Positions 50,345 through 53,665 of a stretch of 53,665 nt of DNA are shown here, one piece after another (positions within the stretch are counted from its first letter, which is position 1; each line of letters begins with the position of its first letter). This DNA is from Nitrospinaceae bacterium. GTDB taxonomy: Bacteria > Nitrospinota > Nitrospinia > Nitrospinales > VA-1. Where the stretch lies: positions 1 to 53,665 of the forward strand of contig JBHHVU010000017.1 of NCBI GenBank assembly GCA_046754465.1, written 5' to 3'. The translations under genes and the position numbers were made by a program. Under the pieces are notes generated by a model. It was not told the DNA's origin and did no database searches. It saw nothing but the letters and a program-made list of their open reading frames with translations.

Positions 50345-51266
50345 AATTATAAATTTGTATAAACCCTCCGGCCCCACCTCCTTTGACATGGTCTGGAAAG
50401 TCAAAAGCCTTCTGGGGGTCAAAAAAGCGGGTCACCTCGGAACGCTGGATCCCCTGGCCGAAGGAGTGCTTCCCATCTGCCTCGATCGGGCCACCAAAAT
50501 CATCCAGTTTTTGTCTTCAGTGCCAAAGGTTTACAGAGCCGTCCTGGAGTTGGGCGCCGCCACCGACACGCAAGACGCCACGGGCAAAGTGGTGGCGAGG
50601 GGCAACGCGGACCCGGTGACGGAGGAGGCGGTCAGGACCGTCCTGGGAAGATTTCCAGGAAAACAAAACCAGGTGCCCCCCATGTTTTCGGCCAAGAAGA
50701 AAAAGGGAATTCCTCTTTACAAATTGGCCAGAAATGGTATTACTATCGATAGGAAACCGGTTTCCATCTTCATCCACTCCCTGGAATTTCTCAAGAAAGA
50801 AGGAAACCGGGTGGAATTTGAAGTCAAGTGTTCTGCCGGAACGTATGTGCGGACCCTCTGTCACGATATCGGCAGTATATTAGGCTGCGAGGCTCATCTG
50901 GTTGAATTGGTCAGGACCCAGGCCGGGTTGTTTGACCTGAATTCCTCCCTGACCCTGAAAGAGCTGGAAACCGCCCAAGCCGATGGAACCCTTGTCGGCA
51001 AGCTAGTTTCTTTGGAAAAAGCCCTCGATTTTCTTCCAGAAATTCGCGTCAAAAAGAGCTTTGTCCATTCCATTGCCAATGGGGTGGCGCTTTCGAAGTC
51101 GTCACTTGAAAGCGTTCCCCGACAGTTCCAGCCGGGAATGAATCTTCGAGTTTCCAACGGCAACCATAACTTGCTCGCCATTGTGGAACCGGTGGTCGAC
51201 CAGGATCATTTTGCAAGACTGGCCCCCGGGGACGTGGTGTTCAAGCTGAAACGGGTGTTGGTTTAG
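50337..51266 (+). CDS. truB: tRNA pseudouridine(55) synthase
   Basis: KAGHLGTLDPLAEGVL, QVPPMFSA, CSAGTYVRTL. Confidence 0.96.
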   Translation: MNKIINLYKPSGPTSFDMVWKVKSLLGVKKAGHLGTLDPLAEGVLPICLDRATKIIQFLSSVPKVYRAVLELGAATDTQDATGKVVARGNADPVTEEAVRTVLGRFPGKQNQVPPMFSAKKKKGIPLYKLARNGITIDRKPVSIFIHSLEFLKKEGNRVEFEVKCSAGTYVRTLCHDIGSILGCEAHLVELVRTQAGLFDLNSSLTLKELETAQADGTLVGKLVSLEKALDFLPEIRVKKSFVHSIANGVALSKSSLESVPRQFQPGMNLRVSNGNHNLLAIVEPVVDQDHFARLAPGDVVFKLKRVLV

Positions 51267-51308
51267 TTTTAGTATGTCTGTAAATTAACAACGCTGAAAG
51301 AGGATTGG

Positions 51309-51425
51309 AATGTTTTCGCAGGAAAACCCCCTCAATAATGGTCACACCCTCTTCGGGAGCCAATGGAGTTTTTCTGCGAAAACATTTGTCAATCATCTTC
51401 CAGCATGATTTAACACCATTGGAGG
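51309..51425 (+). promoter_or_regulatory. Candidate rpsO (S15) autoregulatory leader
   Basis: 19-bp near-perfect helix 51309-51327/51368-51386; its loop sequence CCAATGG can pair with CCATTGG, which overlaps the GGAGG RBS. Confidence 0.5.
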
Positions 51426-51433
51426 ATCAGTCT

Positions 51434-51703
51434 ATGGCACTGGACAAGGATCAAAAGACGGAGATTATTTCGAATTACAAAATTCATGAAAAGGATACCG
51501 GGTCCGCCGAAGTGCAAATCGCTCTATTGAGCAAGCGGATCGGCGATCTGACTGAACACTTTAAAACCCACGCTAAGGACCACCATTCCCGGCGCGGGTT
51601 ACTCAAACTCGTCAGCCAAAGGCGCAAACTTTTGGATCATTTAAAGGCAGAGGATATCAAAAGATATCAAACCATCATTGCGCAATTAGGCATCCGGCGA
51701 TAA
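51434..51703 (+). CDS. rpsO: 30S ribosomal protein S15
   Basis: [34 protein letters not shown]. Confidence 0.98.
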   Translation: MALDKDQKTEIISNYKIHEKDTGSAEVQIALLSKRIGDLTEHFKTHAKDHHSRRGLLKLVSQRRKLLDHLKAEDIKRYQTIIAQLGIRR

Positions 51704-51724
51704 CCAGATTTTGGAGAACAATTA

Positions 51725-53665
51725 ATGGAAAAAGTGGAAATTGATATTGACGGAAAAAAAATAAGTTTTGAAGCCGGCGACTTGGCCAAACAGGCGAGCG
51801 GCGCCGTGGTGGTGCGGCAAGGGGATACCATGGTACTGGTGACGGCGGGCATGGCCAAACAACCCCGGGAAAATATTGATTTTTTCCCGCTGACCGTGGA
51901 TTACCGGGAAAGAACCTATGCCGCCGGGAAAATACCTGGAAGTTTCTTCAAACGAGAAGCACGCCCCGGTGAAATCGAAACCTTGATCTGCCGCCTGATC
52001 GACCGGCCCATCCGGCCCCTGTTCGCGGATGGTTTCCGCAATGAAACTCAGGTCATCTGCCTGGTGGTTTCCCACGACCAGGTAAACCCGGCGGATGTGG
52101 CTGCCATTTCAGGCGCATCGGCGGCTCTTCTGATTTCCGACATTCCTTTCACCACCCCCATCGCAGGGGCGCGGGTCGGCCGCGTGAACGACGAATTCAT
52201 TTTCAATCCGACCTACGAGGAAATCAAAACCAGCGACCTCAACCTCCTGATGGCGGGAACCTCCGACGGCATTGTCATGGTGGAGGCGGGTGGACGCGAA
52301 ATCAACGAAGAAATCATGATAAACGCCCTCCAGTTCGGTCATGAACGGATCAAAAAAATCATCGAGGGCCAGTTGCAGTTGCAAGAACTTCTGGGCAAGG
52401 AAAAGCTGGCCATCGAAAAACCGGAAACCGACGGGGACCTGGTTTCCCGGGTGGAGGGCATCATCCGCGAAAAACTGGAATCGGCCATGCAAATTCCTGG
52501 AAAACAGGAACGCGCCGATGCCATTCAATCCATCAAGGAGTCGCTGGCCGCCGAGGTCAACCCGGAGGATGACGATACGCTCAAAACCCAGTTGGGCAGC
52601 CTGTTTCATGATATCGAAAAGGATGTGGTCCGGAACCTCATTCTGGATAAAAGCTACCGCGTTGACGGTCGCGGATTGAAAGACATCCGCCCGATCAGCA
52701 TCCAGGCAGGATACCTTCCCCGGACCCACGGTTCCGCCATCTTCACGCGCGGGGAAACTCAGGCCCTGGTAACCACGACGCTGGGAACCACCATCGACGA
52801 ACAAAGAATGGACAGTCTGGAGTTTAAGGGAACGAAATCCTTCCTCCTCCACTACAATTTCCCCCCCTTCTGCACGGGAGAGGTAAAATTTCTTACCGGC
52901 CCGGGGCGGCGGGAAATCGGACATGGCATGCTCGCCGAACGGTCGCTCATTCCCATTTTGCCGGATAAGGAAGAGTTCCCCTACACCATTCGGATCGTTT
53001 CGGAAATCCTCGAATCCAACGGGTCCTCCTCCATGGCCACCGTATGCGGCGGGTCTCTCTCGCTGATGGATGCCGGAGTTCCCATCAAAAAGCCCGTCGC
53101 TGGAATCGCCATGGGCCTCATCAAGGAAGGGGACCGCACCGCAATCCTTTCCGACATTCTCGGCAGCGAGGACCACCTCGGGGATATGGATTTCAAGGTG
53201 GCCGGCACCCGTAACGGCATCACGGCCCTGCAAATGGATATCAAGATCGGGGGCCTGAGCACGGAACTGATGGCAACGGCGTTAGAGCAGGCCCGTGAAG
53301 GACGCTTGTTCATCCTGGGCGAAATGGAAAAAGTCCTCGCCCAACCCCGGCCCGAGATGTCGATTTACGCGCCACGGATCATTACGATACAGGTTCCGAA
53401 AGACAAAATCCGCGATATCATCGGCCCCGGTGGCAAGGTGATCCGGGAAATCATCGACAAAACGGGTGTCACGATCGATATCGACGATTCGGGCACCGTC
53501 TGCATCGCTTCCATTGATGAAGAGGCGGCGAGACACGCCATTGAGTTCGTTGAGAGTCTGATCCAGGAAGTGGAAGTGGGGAAAATTTACCTCGGGAAAG
53601 TCAAGAAGATCGTCGATTTTGGCGCTTTCGTGGAAATCCTTCCGGGGACCGACGGCCTAGTTCAC
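51725..53665 (+). CDS. pnp: Polyribonucleotide nucleotidyltransferase (3'-truncated by the window; not in the ORF track)
   Basis: LAKQASGAV, DFFPLTVDY, RTHGSAIFTRGETQ, RREIGHG, ESNGSSSMA, EDHLGDMDFKVAG, KH motif IIGPGGKVI, start of S1 domain. Confidence 0.98.
   Translation, partial: MEKVEIDIDGKKISFEAGDLAKQASGAVVVRQGDTMVLVTAGMAKQPRENIDFFPLTVDYRERTYAAGKIPGSFFKREARPGEIETLICRLIDRPIRPLFADGFRNETQVICLVVSHDQVNPADVAAISGASAALLISDIPFTTPIAGARVGRVNDEFIFNPTYEEIKTSDLNLLMAGTSDGIVMVEAGGREINEEIMINALQFGHERIKKIIEGQLQLQELLGKEKLAIEKPETDGDLVSRVEGIIREKLESAMQIPGKQERADAIQSIKESLAAEVNPEDDDTLKTQLGSLFHDIEKDVVRNLILDKSYRVDGRGLKDIRPISIQAGYLPRTHGSAIFTRGETQALVTTTLGTTIDEQRMDSLEFKGTKSFLLHYNFPPFCTGEVKFLTGPGRREIGHGMLAERSLIPILPDKEEFPYTIRIVSEILESNGSSSMATVCGGSLSLMDAGVPIKKPVAGIAMGLIKEGDRTAILSDILGSEDHLGDMDFKVAGTRNGITALQMDIKIGGLSTELMATALEQAREGRLFILGEMEKVLAQPRPEMSIYAPRIITIQVPKDKIRDIIGPGGKVIREIIDKTGVTIDIDDSGTVCIASIDEEAARHAIEFVESLIQEVEVGKIYLGKVKKIVDFGAFVEILPGTDGLVH

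Overview
Bacterial chromosomal window of roughly mid-50s % GC (estimated by eye). Gene content and order suggest a Gram-negative organism of the Nitrospinota/deltaproteobacteria-like type; that is an inference, not a determination. It is mostly housekeeping and envelope genes: ligA, two tandem HtrA/DegQ proteases, an Hda-like ATPase, greA, trmB, purN, lolA, rseP, proS and the rimP-nusA-infB-DUF503-rbfA-truB-rpsO-pnp cluster. Accessory patches are interspersed. Most notable: (1) a 723-aa in-frame fusion of an NtrX/NtrC-like response regulator (intact receiver, degenerate AAA+) to a complete LpxC; (2) an AT-rich GxxExxY (PD-(D/E)XK-like) gene tightly bracketed by perfect 26-bp inverted repeats built from CGCAAAG units, present twice in a 619-bp-period tandem duplication, with ORF-less periodic palindromic mini-elements nearby; (3) a solitary attC-like site next to a truncated mrr; (4) an ATP-grasp plus opine dehydrogenase gene pair; (5) isolated pepM-nucleotidyltransferase and oleC-like genes; (6) structured non-coding candidates missed by the ORF track (a 6S RNA-like rod, an rpsO leader pseudoknot, a rimP leader terminator) and a TGA-interrupted SPOR-domain remnant.
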